DNA of 64,000 nt from Betaproteobacteria bacterium (GTDB lineage Bacteria > Pseudomonadota > Gammaproteobacteria > Burkholderiales > SG8-41). Each line of letters opens with the position of its first letter. The stretch's first letter is position 1. Both the position numbers and the translations under genes were made by a program. The notes beneath the pieces are model-generated. The model was not told the origin of the DNA and searched no databases. It saw only the letters and a list, made by a program, of their open reading frames with translations. The stretch is taken from positions 5,980 through 69,979 of the forward strand of contig CANJQI010000003.1 of the NCBI GenBank assembly GCA_947476215.1, given 5' to 3'. This document shows positions 47,144-56,604 of the stretch, in pieces.

Positions 47144-48098
47144 GAGCCTTCATCCCCGTCTGAGACATGAGCTTGGCTATCCGCGGAAACTCCGCCTTGC
47201 GGAAAGCGCCAAACTGTTCCGGCGTACTGCCGATAGGGTCCGCGCCAAAACTCACCATGCGAGCCTGCACCTCAGGATTGCGCATGACCAGCGCAATCTC
47301 ACGACTGATCGCATTGACGATTGCAGGCGGCGTGCCCCTGGGCATGAGTATGCCCTGCCATCCCGTCAGTTCGTACCCCGGCACGAATTCCGCGATTGCC
47401 GGAAGATCCGGCAAGATCATCGACCGCTTGGCGCTGGTCACCGCCAACGCACGCACGCGTCCCGACTTCAGCGTCGATATGGCGGTCGAGATCACGGAAA
47501 ACGAAACCTGCACACGCCCCGCCTCAAGGTCGGGCGCCGCCCCCGCGCCGCTCTTATAGGTGATCGCAACCAGGTCGACGCCGGCCATGGCTTTGAACAG
47601 CTCACCCGAGATATGCAGCGAAGTGCCGAGCGACGCGACATAATTCAATTGTCCCGGCTTGCTTTTCGCCAGCGCTATGAACTCCGGCACGGTTTTCGCC
47701 GGCACGCTGTTGTGCACCAGCAACACATTCGGCACCGACGCCACCAGCGACACCGGCACGAAGTCGTTCACCGGATCGTACGTCGTCGGCTTGTTCAGGT
47801 TGGGATTCACGGTGTGCGCCAGCGACACCAGCACCATCGTATAACCATCAGGCGGCGATTTCGCTGCGAGTTCCTCCCCTATCACGCCACCCGCGCCGCC
47901 ACGATTGTCCACGACGAATGCGTGCTTGAATGACTCCGACAACTTCTGCGCCACCACGCGCGAAATCAGATCGGCGTTTCCGCCGGCCGGGAACGCGACG
48001 ATAAAGCGTACCGGTTTTTCGGGATACGTGGCACTTAAAGCCGTGGCACCCAGAAAAAATAATCCGGCGAAAACGAAACTACACTGTCTAAGGTTCAT
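47139..48098 (-). CDS. Bug-family TTT substrate-binding protein
   Basis: Signal peptide, then YPEKPVRFIVAFPAGGNADLISR... Confidence 0.9.
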   Translation of the reverse strand: MNLRQCSFVFAGLFFLGATALSATYPEKPVRFIVAFPAGGNADLISRVVAQKLSESFKHAFVVDNRGGAGGVIGEELAAKSPPDGYTMVLVSLAHTVNPNLNKPTTYDPVNDFVPVSLVASVPNVLLVHNSVPAKTVPEFIALAKSKPGQLNYVASLGTSLHISGELFKAMAGVDLVAITYKSGAGAAPDLEAGRVQVSFSVISTAISTLKSGRVRALAVTSAKRSMILPDLPAIAEFVPGYELTGWQGILMPRGTPPAIVNAISREIALVMRNPEVQARMVSFGADPIGSTPEQFGAFRKAEFPRIAKLMSQTGMKAH

Positions 48099-48236
48099 GT
48101 TCCTTGCCTCCAGCCTGCATGCATAAGTTGCAGGCGATGATACTGATGCATCACTGGGCGGTCAATTGAAGGTTCCGTGTGAAACGATGGCGCAAGTGCG
48201 TGACAATGTGGTTACGCACGATGACGATGCGCGTTC

Positions 48237-49196
48237 TCACTCATCGCGTATCCCAAAGTCCTTGATCAGCTTGCCCAACTTCGTCATCTCGTCTTTCACC
48301 GTGGCAGCGAACTCCTGCGGTGAACTTCCGACCGGTTCCGCTCCTGCGGAAAAGAATTTCTCCCGTACATCCGCCTTCTGCAGCAGCGTCACCATTTCCT
48401 TGTTCAACCGGCTTATGATGACAGTGGCTGTTTTTGCCGGCGCGAACAGCCCATACGGCGACACCGATACGTAGCCCGGCACGCCCGATTCGGACACGGT
48501 CGGCAATCCAGGAAAGATTTCGGAGGGTCGCGCGCTGGTAATGGCCAATGCGCGCAGCTTGCCGGACTTTACGTGCTGCACGACCGATCCCACGCTGGCA
48601 AACATCAACTGAAGGCGGCCGCCTATCAAATCCGGGAGTGCCTGCCCCGTGCCTTTATAAGGTATGCGCACGATATCGACACCCGCCATGACCTTGAAAA
48701 GTTCGGCGGCGAGATGCGGTGAAGAGCCAGCCGAGCCCGACCCATAGTTCAGACCACCGGGTTTGGCTTTTGCCAGTGCGACAAGTTCACTGACGGACTT
48801 TGCAGGAACCGACGTGTTGATGACCAGGATATTAGGCGAGCGATGGCTGAGCGTGATGGTGGCAAAATCCCTGGCGGGGTCGTACGGAACGTGGCTGCGC
48901 ATATACGGCGCCAACCATAGTGGACTGCCGTAGGACAGCAACGTGTAACCGTCGGGGGAGGCTTTGGCGGTGATCTGACCGGCGCTGATACCGCGGTTGT
49001 CGACGACGACCTGCTGACCCAGAGTAGTGCCTATGCCCTGCGCGATGATGCGGGTGAAGTAGTCGGTGCTGTTGCCGGTTTCGGTGGTGAGGATGCGGAT
49101 GGGTTTGGTGGGGTACGGTTGCGCTGCGGCTGGAATGGCGAATATTGCCGTGGAAGCGATGAGTATGACTACGGCGATGGAACTTGAGGTTTTCAT
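48237..49196 (-). CDS. Bug-family TTT substrate-binding protein
   Basis: Start at MKTSSSIAVV (AAGGA 5 nt upstream), then YPTKPIRILTTE... Confidence 0.9.
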   Translation of the reverse strand: MKTSSSIAVVILIASTAIFAIPAAAQPYPTKPIRILTTETGNSTDYFTRIIAQGIGTTLGQQVVVDNRGISAGQITAKASPDGYTLLSYGSPLWLAPYMRSHVPYDPARDFATITLSHRSPNILVINTSVPAKSVSELVALAKAKPGGLNYGSGSAGSSPHLAAELFKVMAGVDIVRIPYKGTGQALPDLIGGRLQLMFASVGSVVQHVKSGKLRALAITSARPSEIFPGLPTVSESGVPGYVSVSPYGLFAPAKTATVIISRLNKEMVTLLQKADVREKFFSAGAEPVGSSPQEFAATVKDEMTKLGKLIKDFGIRDE

Positions 49197-49238
49197 GGAC
49201 ATCCTTGTTACGTTGATCTCTTGCAAATTCATGAAATC

Positions 49239-50234
49239 TCAGGTGGGCACGTCCTTGATGCCCATCTCCTTCAGCATGCGTTTCCAGCGGATTAGCTCGT
49301 TACTTACGTAGGTGGAAAACTGTGCCGGCGTTGAATGCTGAAGCTCTATGCCTTGCGCGGCAAACTGCTCCTTGAACTCGGGCGATGCGAGCGCGCGGCC
49401 CAGTGCCTCGTTGAGTTTGCGCACTATCGTTGCGGGCGTGCGCTGTGGGGCAAACACGCCGAACCATTGCACGACTTCAAAGCCCGCCAGTCCGCCCTCG
49501 ATGAACGTCGGCACGTCGGGTGTCGCGGCCAGGCGCTTGACACTGGTCACGCCGAGCGCGCGCATTTTTCCCGAGCGCAGGTGCGGCAGTGCCGTGGACA
49601 CCGCGCCGAAGGATGTCGGCACCTGCCCGCCCATGAGCGCGACCACCGCGTCGCCGCCGCCCTTGTATGGCACATGGGTCATTTCGATATTCGCCATGCG
49701 TTTCAGGAGTTCACCGGCGATGTGCGGCGCGGCGCCGTAGCCGGTCGAGGCGAAGCTTGCCGCCTGCGGCGATTTCGCTTTCGCGAGTTGTATGAGTTCC
49801 TGCACCGAGCGCGCCGGATGCGACGGTGCAACGGTCAATATGACGGGTGTCAATGCCGCGGACGTGACCGGGATATAGTCTCGCAGCGGGTCGTAGGGTA
49901 TGTCGGAGCGCAGGGCCGGTGTAATTGAAAACTGGGTCGATGATCCGAGCAGCAAGGTGTAGCCGTCAGGCACGGCTTTGGCCGCGATCTGCATGCTGAT
50001 GACACCGCCGGCGCCTGCACGGTTGTCAACGATGACCTGCTGGTTCCACGCCTCGCTCAACTTTTGGCTCAGTGAGCGCGCCATCAGATCGGCGACGCCG
50101 CCGGGCACGAAGCCGACGATGAAGCGGATCGGGCGCTGCGGATAGTCCTGCGCCAAGCAGAATGCGGAATAAAAAATTGTCGCCAGCAGCACGGCCGAGC
50201 GTTTGGCCGTGTACATTTCAGGCAATGATTTCAC
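49239..50234 (-). CDS. Bug-family TTT substrate-binding protein
   Basis: YPQRPIRFIVGFVPGGVADLMAR... Confidence 0.9.
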   Translation of the reverse strand: MKSLPEMYTAKRSAVLLATIFYSAFCLAQDYPQRPIRFIVGFVPGGVADLMARSLSQKLSEAWNQQVIVDNRAGAGGVISMQIAAKAVPDGYTLLLGSSTQFSITPALRSDIPYDPLRDYIPVTSAALTPVILTVAPSHPARSVQELIQLAKAKSPQAASFASTGYGAAPHIAGELLKRMANIEMTHVPYKGGGDAVVALMGGQVPTSFGAVSTALPHLRSGKMRALGVTSVKRLAATPDVPTFIEGGLAGFEVVQWFGVFAPQRTPATIVRKLNEALGRALASPEFKEQFAAQGIELQHSTPAQFSTYVSNELIRWKRMLKEMGIKDVPT

Positions 50235-50596
50235 TCAGTAGCTCCGGAAGAAAAACACGAGCTGATGCTAGGTTAGCCCCGATGGGGTGTCAACTGCTGG
50301 CGGTGAAATCGTTGTAGGATACTAGTGTAGTGTTTTTTAAATTCGAATCTGCGTCTATTCAATTCAGTCGATGCACAAATCACCCGTAGCCCGGAAGGAG
50401 TCCGCAGGACGTATTCCGGGAAAAAGCAGGGTGTATCGAAAGCACGTGGGATCGCGCACCTGTGCTTCCCCGGCATGCGGCCATGAAAATACCATGGCCT
50501 TCTTCCGGGCTACGTTCGGGGCAAACGGGAGAAGCCAAGGATGGATGGTTCTTTTCGTAGGGACTGAACGATAGTCCATATTTTGCTCAACCAACA

Positions 50597-51571
50597 ATGG
50601 AAATCATCATGCCTGCTCGCGCCATCATCATAAATATTGTCGGCTCATTCATATTGCTCGCCGCAGGTGTGACCTGCGCGCAGAGCTATCCGTCCAAGCC
50701 GGTGCGCATCGTCGTTGGTACATCGGGTGGCAATGCCGATGCCAATGGTCGCATCGTGGCACAGGGTATCGCGGGTGCGCTCGGGCAACCGGTCGTGGTC
50801 GACAACCGGCCCAATGGCATTATTCCGTTCGAAATGGTCTACAAGGCGCCGCCCGACGGCTATACGGTGCTGGTCTACAACAACACGGTGTGGCTGGCGC
50901 CGCTGATGCACGACGCGCCGTACGATCCGGTCCGGGATTTTGCGCCGGTGACCATTATTTCCACTTCGCCCAGCATCCTCGCCGTTCATCCGTCGTTGCC
51001 GGCAAAGACGGTGAAAGAATTGATCGCGCTCGCGAAGAGCAGGCCCGGCGACCTGAACTACGCGACTACGGGATCGGGCTCGGGCGCCCATCTCGCGGGC
51101 GAACTGTTCAAGGCCATGGCGGGCGTTAATATCGTCGGCATCCCTTACAAAGGCACCGGTCCGGCCTACGCCGACCTGATCGCGGGACGCGTCCACTTGA
51201 TGGTACCGCCTGCGGGTTCCATCATGCCGCATGTGAAAAGCGGACGTCTCAGGGCACTGGCTATCACCAGCGCGCAATCTTCCGCGATGTTTCCCGATCT
51301 GCCGACGGTGTCGGCGTCAGGTCTGCCGGGTTACGAAACCGTGTCCAGAACCGGCATATTCGCGCCCGCCAAAACGCCAGGTGCGATCATTGATCGACTC
51401 CAGCAGGAAGTCGCGAAGTTCGTGAGGACACCGGCCGCCAAGGAGAAATTGCAGGCGCTGGGGCTGGAAGCCGTGGGCAGCACGCCGCAGGAGTTCGCCA
51501 CGCTGATCAGTCAGGAAATAGCGAGCATGGGCAAGGTCATCAAGAACGCCGGCATACGCGCCTCAGAATAG
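50597..51571 (+). CDS. Bug-family TTT substrate-binding protein
   Basis: YPSKPVRIVVGTSGGNADANGR... Confidence 0.9.
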   Translation: MEIIMPARAIIINIVGSFILLAAGVTCAQSYPSKPVRIVVGTSGGNADANGRIVAQGIAGALGQPVVVDNRPNGIIPFEMVYKAPPDGYTVLVYNNTVWLAPLMHDAPYDPVRDFAPVTIISTSPSILAVHPSLPAKTVKELIALAKSRPGDLNYATTGSGSGAHLAGELFKAMAGVNIVGIPYKGTGPAYADLIAGRVHLMVPPAGSIMPHVKSGRLRALAITSAQSSAMFPDLPTVSASGLPGYETVSRTGIFAPAKTPGAIIDRLQQEVAKFVRTPAAKEKLQALGLEAVGSTPQEFATLISQEIASMGKVIKNAGIRASE

Positions 51572-51597
51572 CGTTTAGCAGTCTGTTGAAATTCGAT

Positions 51598-51686
51598 TCG
51601 TCACACCGGCGGAGGCCGGTGTCCAGAGACACGCGAGGCTATCGAATCAACACCTTACTGGATGCCGGTTTTCACCGGCATGACGG
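51598..51686 (-). repeat. REP/MITE-like element, family 2, copy 1
   Basis: The reverse complement cgtcatgccggtgaaaaccggcatccagtaagg...gtgtctctggacaccggcctccgccggtgtgacga matches the copy at 57642-57727. Terminal hairpins are present (ccggtgaaaaccgg; caccggcggaggccggtg). Confidence 0.65.
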
Positions 51687-51718
51687 AATGATAAACACTG
51701 TGACATTCTTCAGCCCCT

Positions 51719-51849
51719 GTAGGATGGGTTGAGGCACGAAACCCATCAACTGCCGCATGCCATAGCCGAGTTCGGTTGATGGGTATCGCTTCGCTCGACC
51801 CATCCTACGCCGTGACCGCGTGCGCAAGGAAGGGAAAAGATGTGTAAAC
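51719..51849 (-). repeat. REP/MITE-like palindromic element, family 1, copy b (inverted orientation)
   Basis: gtaggatgggttgaggcacgaaacccatcaac-[25 nt]-gttgatgggtatcgcttcgctcgacccatcctac, plus a shared tail (...gcgtgcgcaagg..agatgtgtaaac). Confidence 0.7.
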
Positions 51850-51949
51850 ACGCAGGCCCGGTGGGCGCGGGGTATAAAGCCCTTCTACCTCCGGCACGGT
51901 GCGGATGAGAGTAAGGTTTGCGCAAAGTTCACAACACACTCCAGTGCGT

Positions 51950-52792
51950 TTATAACTTCGCGGCGCGGGTTGCGCTCCACTTGCCGCTGACGCTGCCGGA
52001 CTTGAACGTTCCTTCCATGGCGTTGCCGTTCACGCGCCCGGTGTAGACCGCGCCGCCGGCGTTGAAGGTGATCTGGTCGCCACGCATTCTGCCGATATTG
52101 ATGGCCGCCGCGGCGGCACTGGATTTCAGTTGCCCGGTGAGCATCTGGAAATTCTGCTTCAGCGTCAGTTCGCCGTCCGCCATTTTCCATGTGCCCTCCG
52201 CCTTGGCGGGGACTATCCACAACAACGCGGTGCGCCACGAGCCGGCGCTGTCGTCGTCGACGTTGGCGGATTCATCGGCCTCCCATTCACCCATGGAGAA
52301 TGAATTCGACACCACGCGCGTGCCGGGTTTGAGATTGAGGATCTGCGGGCGCAGTTTGAGATTGATGCTGGGCAGCAGGAACATCGTCAGCACGGTGGCC
52401 TGCGAAAAATCACTTTCGAACAGGTCGGCCTTGACGAAATTCGCCTTGCCGGTGACACCCGCCTTTTCGGCATTGCGTTTCGACAATTCAACCATGTCGG
52501 GGTTGTATTCGATGCCCAGCGCACGTGCGCCGCGCCGCGCGGCGGCAATCACAGTGCGTCCGTCACCGGAACCCAGATCCATCACATAGTCGTTCAGCGT
52601 AACTTTCGCCATGTCGAGCATCTTGTTGACCAGCGCATCGGCGGTCGGCACCCAGATGACGTCCTTGCCCGCCTGACCGACTTCGGGTTCGAATCCTGCT
52701 GGCTTGGGCTTCGCTTGTGCATATACATTGGTGGCGGCAAGCGCAAGGGCGAGCATAAAAAACGACCAATAAAGCGTGCGTGCAAGTTTCAT
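51950..52792 (-). CDS. Class I SAM-dependent methyltransferase with N-terminal signal/anchor sequence and C-terminal beta-rich domain
   Basis: Real start MKLARTLYWSFFMLALALAATNVYAQA (ATG 52792). SAM motif I VMDLGSGDGR. The upstream 189 codons of the track ORF overlap the neighbouring FAD gene in another frame and are rejected. Confidence 0.75.
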   Translation of the reverse strand: MKLARTLYWSFFMLALALAATNVYAQAKPKPAGFEPEVGQAGKDVIWVPTADALVNKMLDMAKVTLNDYVMDLGSGDGRTVIAAARRGARALGIEYNPDMVELSKRNAEKAGVTGKANFVKADLFESDFSQATVLTMFLLPSINLKLRPQILNLKPGTRVVSNSFSMGEWEADESANVDDDSAGSWRTALLWIVPAKAEGTWKMADGELTLKQNFQMLTGQLKSSAAAAAINIGRMRGDQITFNAGGAVYTGRVNGNAMEGTFKSGSVSGKWSATRAAKL

Positions 52793-52841
52793 GTGGATAC
52801 CCCGTAGATTTGGTCTCGACTCTTGTTCACATACACATTGG

Positions 52842-54293
52842 CTAGCCGGCCACCGGCTGCGCCGCAGCGGCATTGCGACCGGCGATCCTGCCATACGCAA
52901 GCGCCTCGCTGATGTTGCCCGCGCCCGGATAATTGCGGTGCCACATCGAGCCCAGTTCACCCGCGCCATACAGATGCTGGATGGGTTGGCCCCACACGTC
53001 CAGTATTTCGGCGCGCGCATTTCGTTTCGGTCCGCCCTGGGTATTGAACAGGCACGGCCACAGTTCGGCGGCATAGTACGGCGGTCTGCCGAGCGGCACC
53101 AGCGAATGCGGCGCGCGGCCGAATTCCTGATCGTATCCACCCACGCATTGCATGTTGTAATGCGCGACCGTCGCCTGCAACTGATCGGGTCTGAGCTGCA
53201 GCTTGGCCGCGAGATCGGCGACCGTATCCGCCGCGGTGATCCAGCCCTTCTTGATTTCGACGCTGTTGTCGGCGCTCCACTGATAGGCGTCGCTGGCTTT
53301 CCCGTGTCCCAAGGCGGCGATCGGCCCGCGCGTGCGCGTATCTTCGTCAAACAGCACATAGGCGGGAATGCGCGGCCTTAGCAGCGTCTTGGTGTCTATG
53401 GTCGATGTCGTCGCCCACGTGAAATGCGGATCGGTGCCGGGCTCGTCCATAAAGCGCTTGGCCGCCTGATCCACATAGATGAATCCCGCCGCAGGCATTA
53501 AGTGCATGAATCCAAAAGGAAAGTCAGGCGTCTTGTAACCAAAGGTCGCGGCCACCGCGTTCATGTGCCAGAAGTCCGCGCCGATATCCGCGGCCATCCG
53601 TATGCCGTCGCCGGTATTTCCCTGATTGCCCAGGCCCACGTAGCGTTGACCAAAGTACTGCATGTGCATGGCCTGATCGTATTCGAAGCCGCCGCACGAC
53701 AGCACCACGCCGCGCCGCGCTTTCACCTGCACGTCCTTGCCATCCACCGACGCGACGACACCGGTCACGCCCTGGCCCTTGGTCACCGTCAAGCGTTTGA
53801 CCGGCGTGGAAAAGAGCGTTTCGATTTTCCGCTCCGATACATTGCGCGCCAGAACTTTCCACAAATCGATGCCGGCGTATTCGCCGCCGCCCTTGACGCG
53901 CACGCGCAGACCTATGCCGTCGGCGCCGCGCACCGTGGGAAACGCAGCCGCGGCGTGTTTGATGCGAAAACCTTTGCCGCCGGTAGGCGAGCGCGAAATG
54001 ATTTCTCCGCCGAGCTCCTTGACCCAGTCGGCGTTACGACTGCTCTCGCGCACGAACGCATCCACCACCGGGCGCTCGGTCGTGCTTTCGCACAGCGTTT
54101 CAAAATAATCCACGCATTTGTCGAGATCGAGATAGGTGCGGATATTGCCGCCCGAGTATTTGGTATTGCCGCCGCCCTCGGGATTTTTTTCCAGAATAAG
54201 AACTTTGGCGCCTGCCGCGGTGGCCTCCAGCGCGGCCGAGGCGCCCGCGCCACCGTAGCCCACGACGACGACATCTGCCTCATAGTCCGACAT
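52842..54293 (-). CDS. FAD-dependent oxidoreductase (fumarate reductase/KstD-like flavoprotein family)
   Basis: DVVVVGYGGAGASAALEA dinucleotide fold. C-terminal ...LYGAGELGS... Confidence 0.85.
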   Translation of the reverse strand: MSDYEADVVVVGYGGAGASAALEATAAGAKVLILEKNPEGGGNTKYSGGNIRTYLDLDKCVDYFETLCESTTERPVVDAFVRESSRNADWVKELGGEIISRSPTGGKGFRIKHAAAAFPTVRGADGIGLRVRVKGGGEYAGIDLWKVLARNVSERKIETLFSTPVKRLTVTKGQGVTGVVASVDGKDVQVKARRGVVLSCGGFEYDQAMHMQYFGQRYVGLGNQGNTGDGIRMAADIGADFWHMNAVAATFGYKTPDFPFGFMHLMPAAGFIYVDQAAKRFMDEPGTDPHFTWATTSTIDTKTLLRPRIPAYVLFDEDTRTRGPIAALGHGKASDAYQWSADNSVEIKKGWITAADTVADLAAKLQLRPDQLQATVAHYNMQCVGGYDQEFGRAPHSLVPLGRPPYYAAELWPCLFNTQGGPKRNARAEILDVWGQPIQHLYGAGELGSMWHRNYPGAGNISEALAYGRIAGRNAAAAQPVAG

Positions 54294-54318
54294 TTCTCAC
54301 CTCTCGTATAAGATACAT

Positions 54319-55284
54319 TTATTGTTCTTCGCGTATGCCGCCATCTCTGATCAGTTTTCCCAGCCTCGTCATCTCGGATTTTATCCTAGCCGCGAACTGT
54401 TCCGGCGAGTTCGCAACCACGTCGACACCCGAGCGCAGCAGACTATCCTTGATGTCCGTACGATTCAGTGCGCGTACGATTTCCTGATTCAGACGATTGA
54501 TGACGCTGGACGGCGTTGCCACCGGTGCAAACATGCCCTGCGTCGATGCGGATTCGTAGCCGGCAAGTCCTGATTCGGCAACCGTGGGCAATCCTGGAAA
54601 CACGGCCGAGGGCTGCGCACCGGTGACGGCGAGCGCACGCAGTTTTCCCGACTTGATGTGGGCGCCAACCGACACCGCGTTCGCGAACATGATCTGCACC
54701 TGGCCGCCTATCAGGTCTATCAGCGCCGAACCCGTCCCCTTGTACGGAATGCGCACGATGTTGACACCTGCCATGGACTTGAAAAGTTCAGCCGACAGGT
54801 GATTCGAGGAACCCACCGGACCCGAGGCGTAATTGAGCTCGCCGCGACGGGCCTTCGCCAACGCGATCAATTCCTTGACCGACTTGACGGGCAACGAAGG
54901 ATGCACCACAACCACACTCGGCGAACTGGTGGCCATGGTAATAGGCGCGAAGTCGCGCACCGGATCGTAAGGCAGTTTCTCCAGCAGCGGCGCGATCCAG
55001 AAGGTGCCGCCATAGATGACGATGGTGTAACCGTCGGCCGGCGCCCGCGCCACCGGCATGACAGTATTGGCGATATTACCGCCGCGATTCTCGACGATGA
55101 GTTGTTGTCCCAGCGAACCCGCAACGCCCTGCGCGATCAGTCGCGCCGTGATATCGCTGCCGCCACCCGCGTCGCCCGCCACGATGCGAACCGGCTTGAG
55201 CGGATATTCCTGGGCGTGCAATCCGCCAGCAGCGAGTAACGCCGCCGCGGTGGTCAGGATGATCAGAAAAAATCGCGTTGGCAT
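54319..55284 (-). CDS. Bug-family TTT substrate-binding protein
   Basis: YPLKPVRIVAGDAGGGSDITAR... Confidence 0.9.
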   Translation of the reverse strand: MPTRFFLIILTTAAALLAAGGLHAQEYPLKPVRIVAGDAGGGSDITARLIAQGVAGSLGQQLIVENRGGNIANTVMPVARAPADGYTIVIYGGTFWIAPLLEKLPYDPVRDFAPITMATSSPSVVVVHPSLPVKSVKELIALAKARRGELNYASGPVGSSNHLSAELFKSMAGVNIVRIPYKGTGSALIDLIGGQVQIMFANAVSVGAHIKSGKLRALAVTGAQPSAVFPGLPTVAESGLAGYESASTQGMFAPVATPSSVINRLNQEIVRALNRTDIKDSLLRSGVDVVANSPEQFAARIKSEMTRLGKLIRDGGIREEQ

Positions 55285-55378
55285 CTATGATTGAGAATTA
55301 CTTAACATCGTATCAACTTGAGTTCAGCACCATCACCTTCGGTTCCGGCCCCTCGCTTTGCTCTCCCGAAGAGCATGG

Positions 55379-55508
55379 TATCTACACATCTTTCCCACCC
55401 CTGCGCACGCAGACACGGTGTAGGATGGGTCGAGCGCAGCAATACCCGTCAAACGATCTCCGTAGCAACATGCCGCGGCTGATGGGCTTCGTGCCTCAAC
55501 CCATGCTG
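55379..55508 (+). repeat. REP/MITE-like palindromic element, family 1, copy c
   Basis: tatctacacatctttcccacccctgcgcacgcagacacggtgtaggatgggtcgagcgcagcaatacccgtcaa...gctgatgggcttcgtgcctcaacccatgctgca. Confidence 0.7.
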
Positions 55509-55558
55509 CAGGGGCATTGTAGGTACGTGCCCCAGGGAGAGGAATGCAAACCCTCTCC

Positions 55559-56455
55559 TCAGCCGCCGACAACGTTACGCATCTTGCCTATGCCCACGAT
55601 CTCGGTTTCCACCACATCGCCGGGTTTCAGGAATTCGGGTGGCGTGCGGCCCGCACCGACGCCGGACGGAGTACCGGTGGAAATGACATCGCCCGCCTCC
55701 AGCGTAAGCCCGGCGGACAGTTCGGCAATGATGCGTGGCAGCTTGAAATACATGAAGCTGGTGTTCGAATCCTGCTTCACCACCTCGTTAACGCGACACA
55801 TAATCCGCAGATTGCCCGCATCCGCTTCGTCCGCGGTCAATATCCACGGTCCCATCGGACAGGTTCCGTCCAGGCTCTTGCCCCTGAACCACTGCCCGCC
55901 ATGATGGCGCTGTATGTCGCGCGCTGAAACATCATTGATCACGGTGTAACCGAAAACATGGCTCATCGCATTGTCTTCACTGATATTGATTCCGGTCTTG
56001 CCGATGATGACGCCAAACTCGGCTTCCCAATCGAGCATGGTGGTGAGCGTGGGGCCGACCGGCACGGTGTCGTAGGGGCCGGTCACTGCCGTCGGCGCCT
56101 TGGTGAAAAACACCGGATGCGTCGGCAGCTCGACCTGGGCGACGCGCATTTTCGCGCCTTCCGCAAAATGTTCGAGATAGTTCCAGCCCACGCAGAAGAC
56201 ATTCTTGCGCGGCCGTGGTATCGGTGCATGCAGACGCACCTGGTCGAGATCCTGAGCCGGCTGTGCGGACTTCATGGCGGTGCTGCGTAGCCACGACAGC
56301 GCCGCATCGCCGGCGGCGATCAGCGACAGCATGTCGCGCGGCTCGAATGGCGGATTGCCGCCAACCTTGGACAGATCAACGACCTTTTGCTGTGCATTGA
56401 CCAAGCCTACGCGCGGCGTGGACTCGCCCGGCGGTGTGTAGGTAACTAATCGCAT
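55559..56455 (-). CDS. Fumarylacetoacetate hydrolase (FAH) family protein
   Basis: 298-aa ORF with ...DWEAEFGVIIGK...GYTVINDVSARD...GKSLDG.CPMGPW... Confidence 0.85.
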   Translation of the reverse strand: MRLVTYTPPGESTPRVGLVNAQQKVVDLSKVGGNPPFEPRDMLSLIAAGDAALSWLRSTAMKSAQPAQDLDQVRLHAPIPRPRKNVFCVGWNYLEHFAEGAKMRVAQVELPTHPVFFTKAPTAVTGPYDTVPVGPTLTTMLDWEAEFGVIIGKTGINISEDNAMSHVFGYTVINDVSARDIQRHHGGQWFRGKSLDGTCPMGPWILTADEADAGNLRIMCRVNEVVKQDSNTSFMYFKLPRIIAELSAGLTLEAGDVISTGTPSGVGAGRTPPEFLKPGDVVETEIVGIGKMRNVVGG

Positions 56456-56604
56456 AATGTAACTCCTTTTTAGAACTCGATCCGGGCCATCCCGGCTCGC
56501 TGCATGTCCACCGGATTCCAGCGGAATCTGTTCCAGTCAGCGCACGGTCTTGCACGCCAGAACCAGGTTGTCGAACTCGAGATTGATCGACCAGGTTGAT
56601 TACC

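Noticed and set aside
52793-53359. Upstream 189 codons of the 469-aa minus-strand ORF
   Set aside because: They overlap the 3' part of the FAD oxidoreductase gene in a different frame. The methyltransferase has its own signal-peptide start at 52792.
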